DNA of 59,954 nucleotides, taken from assembly GCA_032718475.1 (NCBI GenBank), contig JAUCBJ010006447.1, positions 1 to 59,954 on the forward strand, in the 5' to 3' direction. Source of the DNA: Nemertoderma westbladi. Taxonomy: Eukaryota > Animalia > Xenacoelomorpha. The translations under genes were made by a program, and so were the position numbers. The notes beneath the pieces are model-generated. The model saw only the letters and a program-made list of their open reading frames with translations, did not search any database and was not told the origin of the DNA. Below, piece by piece: positions 47,076 to 59,954 of the stretch (the first letter of the stretch is position 1; every line of letters starts with the position of its first letter).

Positions 47076-47504
47076 CTAGAAACGTTTATGGAGTTTCTTG
47101 AACTTTTGGGTGGTGGTTGTCTTCACCCCGGCGCTACAAGCCACTTTACTCGGAGGACTATAGCTCCTCCGGGAAGGGTGCAATACAATTGCATCAGAAG
47201 GGTTGGGGTTATGGTCAGTGTATCCACCAGTAGAGGTACCTGGTTGGTCGATGTCCATAGAGGATGCATTTCTCTCCTGGGATGGTGTTTCGGTATCAAC
47301 ATGTCTACCAGAGGGTCGAAGGGATTGTCGCACGATCTTTAGTGCTCGTCTCAAAACCGCAGCTTGGACTGGTCCCGCCTTAGTTGTTTGTACGACTGCC
47401 GTTGGTAAGCCGTGGAACGTTAGGAATTTCTGGGGTTTAACAGTTCTAACTAGTTCCTGTTCCCTAGCCTTGTATTCATAGGGCCGTCGGTGGACCTCTT
47501 GCAA
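47076..47504 (-). CDS. Accessory ORF C homolog
   Basis: Shares its C-terminal motif with 25613-25864; same position before the purine tract. Confidence 0.5.
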   Translation of the reverse strand: MQEVHRRPYEYKAREQELVRTVKPQKFLTFHGLPTAVVQTTKAGPVQAAVLRRALKIVRQSLRPSGRHVDTETPSQERNASSMDIDQPGTSTGGYTDHNPNPSDAIVLHPSRRSYSPPSKVACSAGVKTTTTQKFKKLHKRF

Positions 47505-47534
47505 CTAGGGATGTGCAATAAGAAATGTCTCACC

Positions 47535-47969
47535 CTATTCCAGGTCTCGGCTGATACAACCAAGTAGATTATATGAGTCCAGGTTGTTGGGGTTGATATT
47601 TTTCAAATATTTTCTAACATATTTGGTGGAAATGGACTCACCAACACATTTGATTAGTTCGTAACTGGGAATACGAGTTTTTTGTTCGATTTGGGGAAAT
47701 AGGCAGGGGTGAAATGCGTACACTCCCTCATAGGCGCGTCCGGGATAGTAACGGTGACGTGAGTCGCAGTGAAGGTCTGCGCTAGCTTCCCAAGCTCGTA
47801 TGTATTGCAATACAATCAACTCATCTACTCTCTCCATGTCGGGGCTAAAAGGGCAATCCAAACTAGTGTGTCCCTTTAACTGACAGTAATGACATTGTGT
47901 CATGAACTGTGGGCAGACAGCGAAGATATGCTTATTATTAATGTGACAATAAGCACAATATATCTCCAT
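47535..47969 (-). CDS. Accessory ORF B with two CCHC zinc knuckles
   Basis: ATG start; CAYC-x5-H-x4-C and CHYC-x4-H-x4-C. Confidence 0.65.
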   Translation of the reverse strand: MEIYCAYCHINNKHIFAVCPQFMTQCHYCQLKGHTSLDCPFSPDMERVDELIVLQYIRAWEASADLHCDSRHRYYPGRAYEGVYAFHPCLFPQIEQKTRIPSYELIKCVGESISTKYVRKYLKNINPNNLDSYNLLGCISRDLE

Positions 47970-48445
47970 TTGTAGTTGGTCTTTGAAGTAAGAACAGGTT
48001 CTTCAGAGTCTCTAGTGGTATCTTGGTTTGCTTCTCCTGTAGCTGACTTACTCGTCAGATTGCGCCTTTTTTCCAAGAAATCAATTAGAAGTAAATGTAT
48101 CTCGAATCAATATCTTTCTCCAGGTTTTCGATTTTAATCTCCATTACTGAGTATCCCGAGGGTATCTGGGGTTGCTGCAGGACGGAGGAATGCGTGTTCT
48201 GGGTGCAAACATCTTTAAAGATGGCAAACCCAGCACTAACCAGTTTCTTAGCGGCGGCATCCCGGAGGCTGAGCTTTGTCAGTGCGCGGTCTTTAAACTG
48301 ACAATCAACGTTCCGAAACGGAGTCAGAAAGCACCTAAAACATTGAAACCAAATAAACTTATTGTGTTCTTATTACGCTCGTATTTGGGGAGTTTATTTC
48401 CCAAGATGAGGGAATGAGAATGTATCGCTCAGCTGCACACATTGG

Positions 48446-48979
48446 TTAACCATCCGGAAAGTGCTGTGTTCTCAAATATGGCGTAGATGGCCAAGGAAGG
48501 ACGGAGGGGAACACTAGTGAGACTACAAACTGCGCCAATCGCGATATGCTTCTCCACTCGCTGATTCTACTCTTCCGGTCGAATGAGTTTTCCCAAAACT
48601 CTGGTAGAGAATAAACGCGTTCGAGGTCGATATCATGATCGATTTGTGGTTTGTTGTTCCGGCTCCGTTGTGCGTGAAACTTGAATAAAACCATCTCTGT
48701 TTCCGTATCCAAAGCGTCAGTATCATGTAAATCGATAGGATGACCAGTAGTTAAGAAATCCATATACGTACCATTGCGATGCATATAGCGCGAGGTGAAT
48801 TTTCTATAATCTAGTTCTCGCTTAAGCTGATCCTCGGTCATCGGTGGTTCGATGTAACGTCCATCATCCGCAGTCGTAGGTGGACTAACGTCACCGCTCA
48901 ACAAACTATCGAGAAACGCTTGTAGAGGTTGCGTATATTTTTCCCTAATACTAAGGTCTTCTTCTATCAATTCAGTCAT
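48446..48979 (-). CDS. Accessory ORF A homolog
   Basis: Same ATG start and about 70% identity over 88 aa to 24567-24989. Confidence 0.7.
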   Translation of the reverse strand: MTELIEEDLSIREKYTQPLQAFLDSLLSGDVSPPTTADDGRYIEPPMTEDQLKRELDYRKFTSRYMHRNGTYMDFLTTGHPIDLHDTDALDTETEMVLFKFHAQRSRNNKPQIDHDIDLERVYSLPEFWENSFDRKSRISEWRSISRLAQFVVSLVFPSVLPWPSTPYLRTQHFPDG

Positions 48980-49649
48980 TGTACAGTATATGGGAGTTTA
49001 TTATCGATAATGGAAGGCTAGCGGGCGTCGCTGCCTGGCTCCTCAACCGGCCCCTGGACAGGCTGAGATCCTCAACGCTGATATACCGTCGTCGCTATGT
49101 TTACGCCAACGGAGTAGCTACAAAACGACAACGATAATCAACGCGAGTCACTCCACTGTACGTCCCAAGGGCTCCAAGATGCTTGAGATACTGGTCGCAG
49201 GTAAGGGATTACTTTCACAATTGCGGCTCACTACAACTGTAAACACACTTTAGTAGTAACATTCACCTATAAATGCACAAATTCCATATTCATACCACAA
49301 TTTGCACAATTTGGGGCCATTTGTCCCTTAGTCAAATACCTTCCAGAATGTCACGGTTGTTGTTGTTTATGTTTAATAGTCGAGCACTTCACAAAGACTA
49401 TACTATACTGAAAGACACATTTTCTCTCGTTTTCATTACCCTAACTTTTCAAGATATTTATTGCAAATACCTTTTAAAGAAACCTGAATGTAAATATATT
49501 AGTAGGGATGTGAGTTTGAAAATGTTTGGAAATTTCCGTAAATTTCCTATACATTTTCCGGAAATGTCCTATACATTTTCCGGAAATTACCTTTTTTATT
49601 AATTACTTTATTTAGCACATTTCTGAAAACATATAGTTTCTTGCGTACT

Positions 49650-50180
49650 TGAGTGGCGTTCTTGAGACCAAATGGCATCCGAACGAACTCGAAGAGGCCG
49701 AATGGAGTGACAACTACGGTATTGGGAATGTCTCTGGGCTCCACGGGGATCTGGTGGTATGGTAGCCCCGCACCAGGTCGACCTTGGAAAAGATTGTGGC
49801 CCTGGCGAGTCGCACTGAGAAGTCCTGGATGTGCAGGATGGGGTACCGATCAGGGGTCGTTGAGGAGATGGTAGTCGCTGCAGGGCTGCCAAGCCAACCG
49901 CCATTTGGTTTGGGTGCCATGTGGAGGGGAGACGACCACGGACTATTCGAGCGGCGAATAATCCCTATCTCCTCCATCTTCCGGAACTCCTCCCTCGCGA
50001 TGTTGAGTTTATCGGGTGTGAAGTCGGTGGGTGCGGGCATGGATGGGGGCGACCGGTGGTCGGTATGTGGTGTTCCACACCATGGTGGGTAGCCGAGTCT
50101 GAGAAGGTTGGCGTCGTGACGGTCTGATGACGGTGGGGAACTCTGCCAGGTGGTTAGAGTAAACTCGGTCCATGGAGGTT
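49650..50180 (-). pseudogene. Ty3/gypsy reverse transcriptase fragment
   Basis: GIIRRSNSPWSSPLHMAPK, IFSKVDLVRGYH, TPFGLFEFVRMPFGLKNA across frameshifts. Confidence 0.9.
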
Positions 50181-50494
50181 GACATGAGGTATATTATATA
50201 TATATATATTATTCTTTAATACTGTAATACAACATAAAAGCATATTTTTGCATACAGCTGAATTAATAAAGTATTAATATTTAGTTTAAAAACGTAATAA
50301 TTTCAAATTTAACATTTTTTTATAACTACAGTATACTGGGTATTTTTGTGACATGACGTTCAAGGGGAGGGGGGGTCTTAAATCGTCAAAAAAAAGCGTG
50401 ACATAATTTGTGCACGGCCCCTTATGGGTTTTCTACAGTATGATGCTGATCCAGGCAGGAAGGGGGGGGGGGGGGGGGGGGGGTGAAATTTCGT

Positions 50495-50955
50495 GTCAGA
50501 TCACTAAGTACGATATTGGAAACCCTGGTAGAAAGTTAGGGAGGGATCCCCGTGTCAGTTTACTAAGTAATATATTGGAAACCCTGGTAGAAAGTTAGGG
50601 AGGTATCCCGTGTCAGTTCACTATGTAAGAAAGTTAGGGAGGGATCCCCGTGTCAGTTCACTAAGTAAGATATTGGAAACCCTGGTAGAAAGTTAGGGAG
50701 GGATACCTTGTCAGTTCAAAATGTAAGATATTTGAAACCCTGGTAGAAAGTTAGGGAGGGATCCCGTGTCAGTTCACTTTGTAAGAAAGTTAGGGAGGGA
50801 TCCCGTATCAGTTCACTATGTAAGATATTGGAAACCCTGGTAGGAAGTAAGGGAGGGATTCCCGTGTCAGTTCACTATGTAAGAATGTTAGGGAGGGATC
50901 CCCGTGTTAGTTCACTATGTAAGATATTGGAAACCCTGGTTGAAAGTTAGGGAGA
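50495..50955. repeat. Minisatellite with long (about 57 bp) and short (about 38 bp) units
   Basis: gtcagttcactatgtaagatattggaaaccctggtagaaagttagggagggatccc repeats. Confidence 0.85.
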
Positions 50956-51430
50956 TTTTGGTTAGAAATGCCCGCCTCTGTAACCTGTTCCTTTCCCTCA
51001 ATTGGTAACAATATTGTTGTGGTTAAGCACGTCTTTGTGACCTGTTCCTTTCCCTCAATTATTAACACAATCGTTTATTGTCTTGGTTAGAAAATCCCGC
51101 CTCAGTAACCTGTTCCTTTCCCTAAAGTTGTAACAATATCGTTTATTATTTAGGTTAGAAAAGTCCACCCCTGTAACCAGTTCTTTTCCCTCAATTGAAC
51201 AATGTCGTTTACTGTTCAGGTTACAAAAACATGCATCTGTAACCTGTTCCTTTCCCTCAATTTTTAACAATATTGTTTATTGTTTAGTTTAGAAATGCGA
51301 ACCTCTGTAACCAGTTCTTTTCCCTCAATTGAACAATGTCGTTTATTGTTTTGGTTAGAAATGCATGCATATGTAACCTGTTCCTTTCTCTCAATTTGTA
51401 ACAATATCGATTATTGTTTTGCTTAGAGAA
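50956..51430. repeat. Diverged about 63-65-bp tandem repeat
   Basis: tgtaacctgttcctttccctcaatt core, about 8 copies; dispersed copies near 45120, 51650 and 57340. Confidence 0.8.
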
Positions 51431-52275
51431 GCTCGTCCTCCTTTTATATAAATCAACCTAACATTTTTAATTGTAAATCCCCTGATCCCCTACTGAATAT
51501 CGCTCAGCATTATATGCCGATTATAGGTTATCTTATAGCTTATTATTCTCATATAACCATTCTACCCCAAAGAGCCAGTTACGACCCAAAGAGCGTAAGT
51601 TCCCAAAGAGCGTTAGGCCATTGCTAATTAAAGGGGCAGTTTAGTAAAGGAGCAGGTTACAGGAGGCGTGTTGGGGGAACCAAAACAATAAACAAAAATT
51701 AACACATGTTTTTTATACGGGTCTTTATTTTTTTTTTCTTTATCGTTAATTGTTTTGTAGTCACCCACCAATAGATGGATATTATTACGTGATAAAACGA
51801 TGGCCGTTGGGGACCATCGTAACTACAATACATAGATAATTGGTTCCATGATAAATAAATTGGCGTCAACTACTAGCGAGGTATTGTTAAACAACCTCTG
51901 TTACGATTTTATAAAGTGACGAGGCCGCAAACCTTCCATTGTAAAGTTCCATTATTTTTGTATTCCCTGAATCAAACTAGCAGAGTTACCCACCGATGTT
52001 GGTGGGGATAGAGGCCTAATATTCTTAGTAGCTACCGGTGTATCTGTTATATCTATTGTATTTGGATCTAATTGGTACCTAATTCTATACCCACGTCCAC
52101 TTATAAGCCGCTCCACTCCCTTAAGCATTGTACCAGCTGCATTCAGTATTACAGTCAGCCAAACCCAGAAAGTATTAAAGGCCCCAACTGCTGATGGTTG
52201 TGTCATTAATTTCAATTATATTTGTAATATTTGACTGTCACATTTAAACGTCACTTAGTCCGAATTGTATTAAAT

Positions 52276-55192
52276 ATGTCTTCGAATACTTTGAGTGACG
52301 CTGCTTGGGATTTACTGGATCGTATCATGGCAGATGAAAGTGATTCTCAGTCCGGTGATGAGGAACAAGAGAACTGCGTCGCTCCACCAACTGTTAATAA
52401 AGAAATCGAGACAAACAGCGGTATAAACGTTATCAGTTTTAAATCAGAAGCGGAACCTATTTGCGGTACTTCCGAAGATAAATCACGAAAGATCAAACAA
52501 GAGTTCTGTACAGATGAACAATATTCTAATAATCAAATCGGCAACACAAACAGCGGTATAAACGTTATCAGTTTTAAATCGGAATCTATTTGCGGTAATT
52601 CAGAAGATACACCCCGAGTTGTAAGACACGATTTCTGTATTGATAAACAATCTGCTTGTGAAGTTATTGCTAAATCCGTTCACAAGGTTAAGCAAATTAA
52701 TCGCAAAGTAAATTTAAAGAATCGCAAACAATCATTGCATAAAGGTATCAAGTATAAATGCGGTTCTTGTGACAAACAATTTAGTGACAAAGGGAATCTG
52801 AAGAGACACATGGAATCAGTACATAAAGGTATCAAGTATAAATGCGGTTCTTGTGACAAACAATTTAGTGACAAATGGAATCTGAAGAAACACATGGAAT
52901 CAGTACATAAAGGTATCAAGTATAAATGCGGTTCTTGTGACAAACAATTTAGTGACAAAGGGAATCTGAAGAGACACATGGAATCAGTACATAAAGGTAT
53001 CAAGTATAAATGCGGTTCTTGTGACAAACAATTTAAAGGCAAACGGACTCTAAAGAGACACATGGAATTAATTCATAAAGGTATCAAGTATAAATGCGGT
53101 TCCTGTGACAAACAATTTAGTGACAAAGGGAATCTGAAGAAACACGTGGAATCAGTACATAAAGATATCAAGTATAATTGCGGTTCTTGTGACAAACAAT
53201 TTATTGGGAAACAGAGTCTGAAGAATCACATGGAATCAGTACATAAAGGTATCAAGTATAAATGCGGTTCTTGTGACAAACAATTTATTGGGAAACAGAG
53301 TCTGAAGAATCACATGGAATCAATTCATAAAGGCATCAAGTATAATTGCGGTTCTTGTGACAAACAATTTAGTCGAAAAGGATATCTGAAGGAACACATA
53401 GAATCAGTACATAAAGGTATCGAGTCAAAATGTGTTTATTGTGACAAACAATTTACTAACAAAGGATATCTGAAGAGTCACATAGAATCAGTACATAAAG
53501 GTATCAAGTATAAATGCGGTTCCTGTGACAAACAATTTAGTGACAAAGGGAATCTGAAGAAACACGTGGAATCAGTACATAAAGGTATCAAGTATAAATG
53601 TGGTTCTTGTGACAAATAATTTGGTGACAAAGGGAGTCTAAAGAGACACATGGAATTAATTCATAAAGGTATAAAGTATAATTGCGGTTCTTGTGACAAA
53701 CAATTTAGTGACAAAGGGAATCTGAAGATACACGTGGAATCAGTACATAAAGGTATCAAGTATAAATGTGGTTCTTGTGACAAATAATTTGGTGACAAAG
53801 GGAGTCTAAAGAGACACATGGAATTAATTCATAAAGGTATAAAGTATAATTGCGGTTCTTGTGACAAACAATTTAGTGACAAAGGGAATCTGAAGAAACA
53901 CGTGGAATCAGTACATAAAGGTATCAAGTATAATTGCGGTTCTTGTGACAAACAATTTAGTGACAAAGGGAGTCTGAAGAAACACGTAGAATCAGTACAT
54001 AAAGGCACCAAGTATAAATGCGGTTCTTGTGGCAAACAATTTATTGGGAAACAGAGTCTGAAGAATCACATGGAATCAATTCATAAAGGCATCAAGTATA
54101 ATTGCGGTTCTTGTGACAAACAATTTAGTCGAAAAGGATATCTGAAGGAACACATAGAATCAGTACATAAAGGTATCGAGTCAAAATGTGTTTATTGTGA
54201 CAAACAATTTACTAACAAAGGATATCTGAAGAGTCACATAGAATCAGTACATAAAGGTATCAAGTATAAATGCGGTTCCTGTGACAAACAATTTAGTGAC
54301 AAAGGGAATCTGAAGAAACACGTGGAATCAGTACATAAAGGTATCAAGTATAAATGTGGTTCTTGTGACAAACAATTTATTGACAAAGGGAGTCTAAAGA
54401 GACACGTGGAATCAGTACATAAAGGTATCAAGTATAATTGCGGTTCTTGTGACAAATAATTTGGTGACAAAGGGAATCTGAAGAAACACGTGGAATCAGT
54501 ACATAAAGGTATCAAGTATAATTGCGGTTCTTGTGACAAACAATTTAGTGACAAAGGGAGTCTGAAGAAACACGTAGAATCAGTACATAAAGGCACCAAG
54601 TATAAATGCGGTTCTTGTGGCAAACAATTTATTGGGAAACAGAGTCTGAAGAATCACATGGAATCAATTCATAAAGGCATCAAGTATAATTGCGGTTCTT
54701 GTGACAAACAATTTAGTCGAAAAGGATATCTGAAGGAACACATAGAATCAGTACATAAAGGTATCGAGTCAAAATGTGTTTATTGTGACAAACAATTTAC
54801 TAACAAAGGATATCTGAAGAGTCACATAGAATCAGTACATAAAGGTATCAAGTATAAATGCGGTTCCTGTGACAAACAATTTAGTGACAAAGGGAATCTG
54901 AAGAAACACGTAGAATCAGTACATAAAGGCACCAAGTATAAATGCGGTTCTTGTGGCAAACAATTTAGTGACAAAGGATATCTGAAGATACACATAGAAT
55001 CAGTACATAAAGGCATCAAGTATAAAATGCGGCTACTGTGACAAACAATTTAGTGTCAAAGTATATCTGAAGAGACACACGCAATCAATTCATAAAGGCA
55101 TCAAGTATAAATGCGGTTACTGTGACAAACAATTTAGTCAAAAGGGATATCTGAAGAAACACATAGAATCAGTTCACAAAGACACCAATTAA
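52276..55192 (+). pseudogene. C2H2 zinc-finger gene with 29 tandem 84-bp fingers, three internal TAA and a late frameshift
   Basis: First finger Cys codon 52759, last 55112; TAA at 53617, 53785, 54457; extra A near 55027; acidic N-terminus without a recognisable KRAB or SET domain. Confidence 0.85.
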
Positions 55193-57639
55193 GGCTCCTG
55201 GTGGTGGAATCTGTAAATTAAATTATCGACTTCAATCCCGTTTTATCAACATAAACTCATAAACATGCGGTACAGCTGTCTGTCTGTTCATCCCCTTACC
55301 AACAACTAACTATATGTGCACTTTGTTATCTTAAACTGAAAGTGTTGATGTTGAGTTTACATTAATGATATATAATTTTAACTTTATCATATAATTATTT
55401 CACCATGGCTCGTGAAATAATTATTAACCAATCAGACCCCAGACAGATATTTTGCGCGGTAAGGTTTAAACTTTAAAGTAAATTTTACGGAATAAAATTT
55501 TTCATTTTCAAATAAATAATCATCCGCTATTTTTCACCAAATTTCATTAATTCAGCTCATTGGAACTGGTTTCGACAGTTCTTTAAATGTAGGCCTATCT
55601 TATGAAATTTTGATAAATATTTGCACTTTTGTATAATTTATTTTAAATAAAACGTTAATAAATTATTTCAAATTCAAATGGCAAATTAAAAGTTATATAT
55701 AAGATAACTTTTGTAGATTCGATGGCGCTGAGTACAAAAAATGTTATTCCGTGAAATTTGGATTAAGATTAAGGCTTAATCTGTGTTTTTACAGAAATAT
55801 TTATTCCGCCGCCAGCCGTTAAGGGGAGGCAATAAAATCTTTGTATAAAGACTATTTTGGCCTTCCATACAGTGGTTAACCGTTATAAAATCGTTATATT
55901 AACCTCTAACTCAAATTGACAACAATAAAAAGTTAAAAATTTGAAATGTGCCCCCTGCGGCACGAAAAAAATAAGTAGTGCAAGTGCAAATAAAATGATG
56001 AAAAATCACCACCAAATCAACCTGATTTTATCTTATCACCTTTTGGGTTTTCTAGGATGCTTATTCATAGGGTTGGGGGGGGGGGGGGGGGGGGATATTT
56101 TTGCCTGTCACACCCGGACGTAGTTATTCGAAACTTGATGTTGAAAGCTCATGTGTAACCCGGACCTTACTGTGTTCTTATTATCGTACTTCGCTACTTA
56201 CTGTAGGCCCTACTCAATGTCACTAAACCTTCATATTATTTCACATTTAGATTAATATTGTACGCAGCGGTTCCGTCGGATCAATCCTCGTTAGTTATAA
56301 AGGAATGAAAATAATTAGTGGGAATCCCTTTTAAAATTTATGTACAGTATGAGGCCGGTTACATATAACAACCCGTAAATTTAAGTGGTTACTTAAGTAT
56401 GTTAAGGTTGGCTCAAATTTACACCATGACCTGGAATATACAGTAGTGTCGTTATTCAGGTACCGTATACTTGCCCACCCCACAAACATTTTTTTTTTTC
56501 ATCAAAATGTTAATGAGATTGCATGCAATTTGAAAAAGAGATAGGCCTACTGTAGTTTCACCTCCCTCCTTGCTGGGTGAGCCAGAATATTTATTTTCGC
56601 TGTCATTCTTTATCTACAAGTTTTTGAAAAAGGTGTCTCTGACGATATTGCACCAGTTACACCGCAGCTACCGGTATTCTTCTACCTTGCAGGCTGTTTG
56701 TTGGTACTGTTAGAAAGCTATGGCGGCCATGCAAGGATTCCAAATATGTAACACAATCTGAATTTAGTCCTAAGAAAATGAGATATGAGCGTTCTAAAGT
56801 TGCATCCCTAATCGCTATTGGCTAGTTCGATCCTTTCCAATCCGTTGTAGCTGGAAAATGTGCCGCCCGGTCAAGGCGACCTCTATATAGTCATCCATAT
56901 ATATGGTCAAGGCGACCATATAAACATGAAACAGCAGAATACACTTGCTGAAGTCAGGCAGTGCGGAGTTGTTGGTTGTTGCTGTACATTCCTGCAGTCT
57001 AGTACTGTAGTACTGTAGTACCGGTACCATACTCGAATGAGCCAGTACTGCATTCAGACTGTAAGTATAAATTTCAGCCTAAGCAAATTTCTGCCTTTAT
57101 TGGGCTGCATGGCCTTGTATTTAGGTCGCCTTGCGCCCGGTCGAGTATGCCCAGTCAAAATATCCGAGGAAATTGTGCCCCCTTTTAGGAGATTATGCCC
57201 CTAGCAGATTACAGGATTAGGTCATGATGTACAGTTTGAAAGCCAGCCGGCAAACAAATAAAACCATAATTCTAACCAAACCATAAAAGAGAAAATGAAT
57301 AACAAAACTTGATTTCTATTTCGTACCATAATTTAAAGGAAAGGAACAGGTTACAGTAGAGGTGGGCTTTTTTTAACCCAAACAATAAACGACAACCGAA
57401 GAACATACATGTAGTTTACAGTCTTATTTCATCTTATTGCAAGCGGTTGACCACTACCGGATATAAAATTACTGTTTTCACTATCAAACGGGTAAATCTT
57501 TTCGACCTACGCATAGCTACGCGTAGTTTATAACTTCCATTCCTGTCATTTACCGGTAGGGCCAGACTTACTGCCTTTTTAACATCTACTGTAGTAACAA
57601 CTACTGCGAGTGCTATGCGGAGTATATATGTGTTTTGAA

Positions 57640-57735
57640 ACTACGCGTAGCACTCCGCGTTGGTGCAACGCGTAGCACTCCGCGTAGGTTCAACGCGTAG
57701 CAGTCCGCGTACAGTAGGCGCGACGCGTAGCAGTC
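57640..57735. repeat. Short acgcgtagca(c/g)tccgcgt repeats
   Basis: Four copies about 25-30 bp apart. Confidence 0.6.
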
Positions 57736-59787
57736 CTGAAAAGATGTTTCATTCCTGGTCCGGTAGGACTTGAGTTGTTATGCAAGTATCGGTATATGTC
57801 AGGTATCTGATTATCAGACAAACGGAATAAATGAATCGGTAGCTCATCTCTCCACACAGCACTATGGTAATACATGTAGGCCTAAAAATTTTCGGCTCTT
57901 TCACATACAACCGCAGGATGAATAAAACGTAGATTTAAGATTCACGTATATATTACCAAGTATCCTTGTTTCCATTGGATAATTGAAATATTCTACAGTA
58001 GTATAAGCTACCAGTCTACAGGTGAAGTGGTTAAACGAAAGCCGATAATACTGTATTTATATAAATTGTTTCGTAAAAAAACAAGTGCAACCAATCATAT
58101 ATTTATTAAATAAATAAAGAAACATAAACACCCCCAATATTAACAACAACTCCAACGGGTCAGACAAAAACAAATACACGTCTGATATCAGACGTAGCCA
58201 GATGTCTGAAGGTCTGACGTCTGACACAGATGCTTCAGACTTCTGTTTCAGATGCTTTCAGACACCTGCATCAGACGTCTGATGTCAGACATCAGACCAT
58301 TATTTTGCTTTTAAACATGTTTAAAAGCAGAGAAGGTCTGATATCTGACATTGATGTCATTGGTTAAAATATATGTAGAAATACTGTAGATGGCTGCCGG
58401 GAGGTAACGACAACCGCGCTGCATGGAGAGGTCACCAATACCCAGTGACACCTGGATGTGTGGTCATTGAACAACAGGGTGGAGTTTAGGATTTATTATG
58501 AGAGCTAATCTCCTGCGAGATAAGAAACGTCCCGAGGGGCGCAAACGGGGGTATGGGTAGGAGGGACACTTGATGGGACCACCAATGAAGCGTTATCGAG
58601 AGATGGTGATGACCGCACTCAGGGAACTGACAACAGGGATTAGTAAAGCCATGGCGGCAAGTTCATCTGTGACTAAGAACAAATGTGATGGCAGGGAGCG
58701 TCCAAGTCAGGATGAGGATAAAAGAGAAGAACTAGGATGAACTGGAAGGACGGGATAAAATTCTAGACCGACGCTCCGGATGTTGTTCGCTGACGTCATT
58801 TAATGACGAGAAAAGCATCAGGATGCCTGGAAGGCAGCGCCGGAATTGTAGACTAAAGTAAAATATTCCCACCCTAATTATAAATAATATAAATAAGATA
58901 TATAAAGTAATCAATCGTAGTGTAAAACCACCACATATGTACTATAGTCCCATGTAACCTCTTCCAATTAGCTACTGTGACTAGGGACTAATTGACTGAA
59001 ACAGGAGGACGAGACAAGGGCTCACTTACCATACATACGGCTCGCGTATGCAGGGTTATGTGAAACCCAACAGGAGTGTAAAGAGTGAGAGTAAAACGGG
59101 GTTGAGTACGAGAGGAATATGGTGAGGAGGTGCGAAATTTTGGGGAAAGATGAAGGGCGCGAGATTTAAGTGTAGGGGGGGGGGGGGGGGGGGGGGGGGC
59201 TGAGTGGAGGAAGAGTCCTATCGGACTAACGAAGTGAGGTGGTGAAGAGATCGGATAATAATATCCGGAAGAAAATGGAGTGAGGGAGAAGGGCAATCGT
59301 CTGGGTAGGGACGCCTGGTACCTTGGTACAACTTAGCTTGCAGATGTACTAAGGGTGGGTAGTGAGAGCAGACCCAGGGGGGCCAGTCTGGAAACCTGGC
59401 CCCAAGAAAAAAAATTCCACCCCACATCCAGTATTAGATTGGATTCCAGCGGAATTGAAGCGCACTTTTGGTTGATGCTATCTTCTAACCGGGAAGATAG
59501 AATAGGGGGAGTGTTAGTGGATCCAATTTGCTGCACCACCCAGCGGAAAATGGGCAAAGGCATGATTCACAAATCATGATTGGATATGAGATATTACCAA
59601 TATAATATCGCATACCAAGGGCACCAAGGCAATATACATTGCCGGCTAGAGAGAGAAGTTGTAATAGTTTGCCATCCTCTGCGACAGTTGGACCAACTTC
59701 ACACCTTAGGTGTTAAGTAGGTCATTAATTTATTAATTAATTAATTGGTCGATTAAACAATTGATTAATTGTTTAATCGATCGATTT

Positions 59788-59954
59788 TGTTCGCGCTTTC
59801 AGACCTTTGGCAGTTTAACCCGCCAAATTAAGATGTCTTCTAGATATTAAATCGCTTTTTAGCCTATGACAAGTATTTGATTCACTACACTAGTCGAAAC
59901 CAATCCGTGCGCGACCATTCACCCGCTGGATATTCCCGGGAGATTGGGTTCGAC
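59788..59954 (-). mobile_element. 3' end of a third related LTR, running off the window
   Basis: tgttcgcgctttcagacctttggcagtttaacc matches 45848 onward and the reverse complement of 16630-16665. Confidence 0.8.

Larger units (their letters stand above)
45848..49370 (-). mobile_element. 3' portion of a diverged sister LTR element (LTR plus accessory region)
   Basis: LTR 45848-46982 with ends tgttaaagctt / aaaagcgcgaaca, preceded by tcccattttctgggagcag; homology to 24170-25942 extends to about 49370. Confidence 0.85.

Noticed and set aside
53617-54459. TAA reassigned to Gln
   Set aside because: ULK4, the nAChR last exon and the HRG-like gene end in TAA; the three stops share one duplicated variant.
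58380-58470. YLPAAIYS as a missing nAChR exon
   Set aside because: No following Cys-loop FPFD motif and no convincing splice sites.

Overview
Mostly AT-rich animal (invertebrate, taxon not resolvable) genomic DNA, joined at about 1050-1055 to 1 kb of gammaproteobacterial flagellar-locus DNA (DUF2802, FlhB-like, FliK-like). The backbone is a minus-strand nicotinic acetylcholine receptor alpha-type gene, with four exons found (45565-45808, 40339-40503, 39777-40011, 8578-8852). Its introns carry two antisense intronless genes (ULK4-like, HRG-1-like), an RLE-type non-LTR retrotransposon with Ulp1 and PHD domains, TIR elements, a tRNA-like tandem array and a complete BEL/Pao-type LTR element (15390-27218). 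Two diverged relatives of that element lie at 45848-49370 and 59788-end, and a 29-finger C2H2 array lies at 52.2-55.2 kb. Most notable: (1) the LTR element encodes Gag-protease without RT or integrase, has no tRNA primer site but an 11-nt Tf1-like self-complementary site, and carries 3' accessory ORFs and an RNA hairpin conserved in the sister element; (2) both splice junctions of one receptor intron are tandemly amplified into decoy splice-site arrays. All calls are by eye; no database searches were run.
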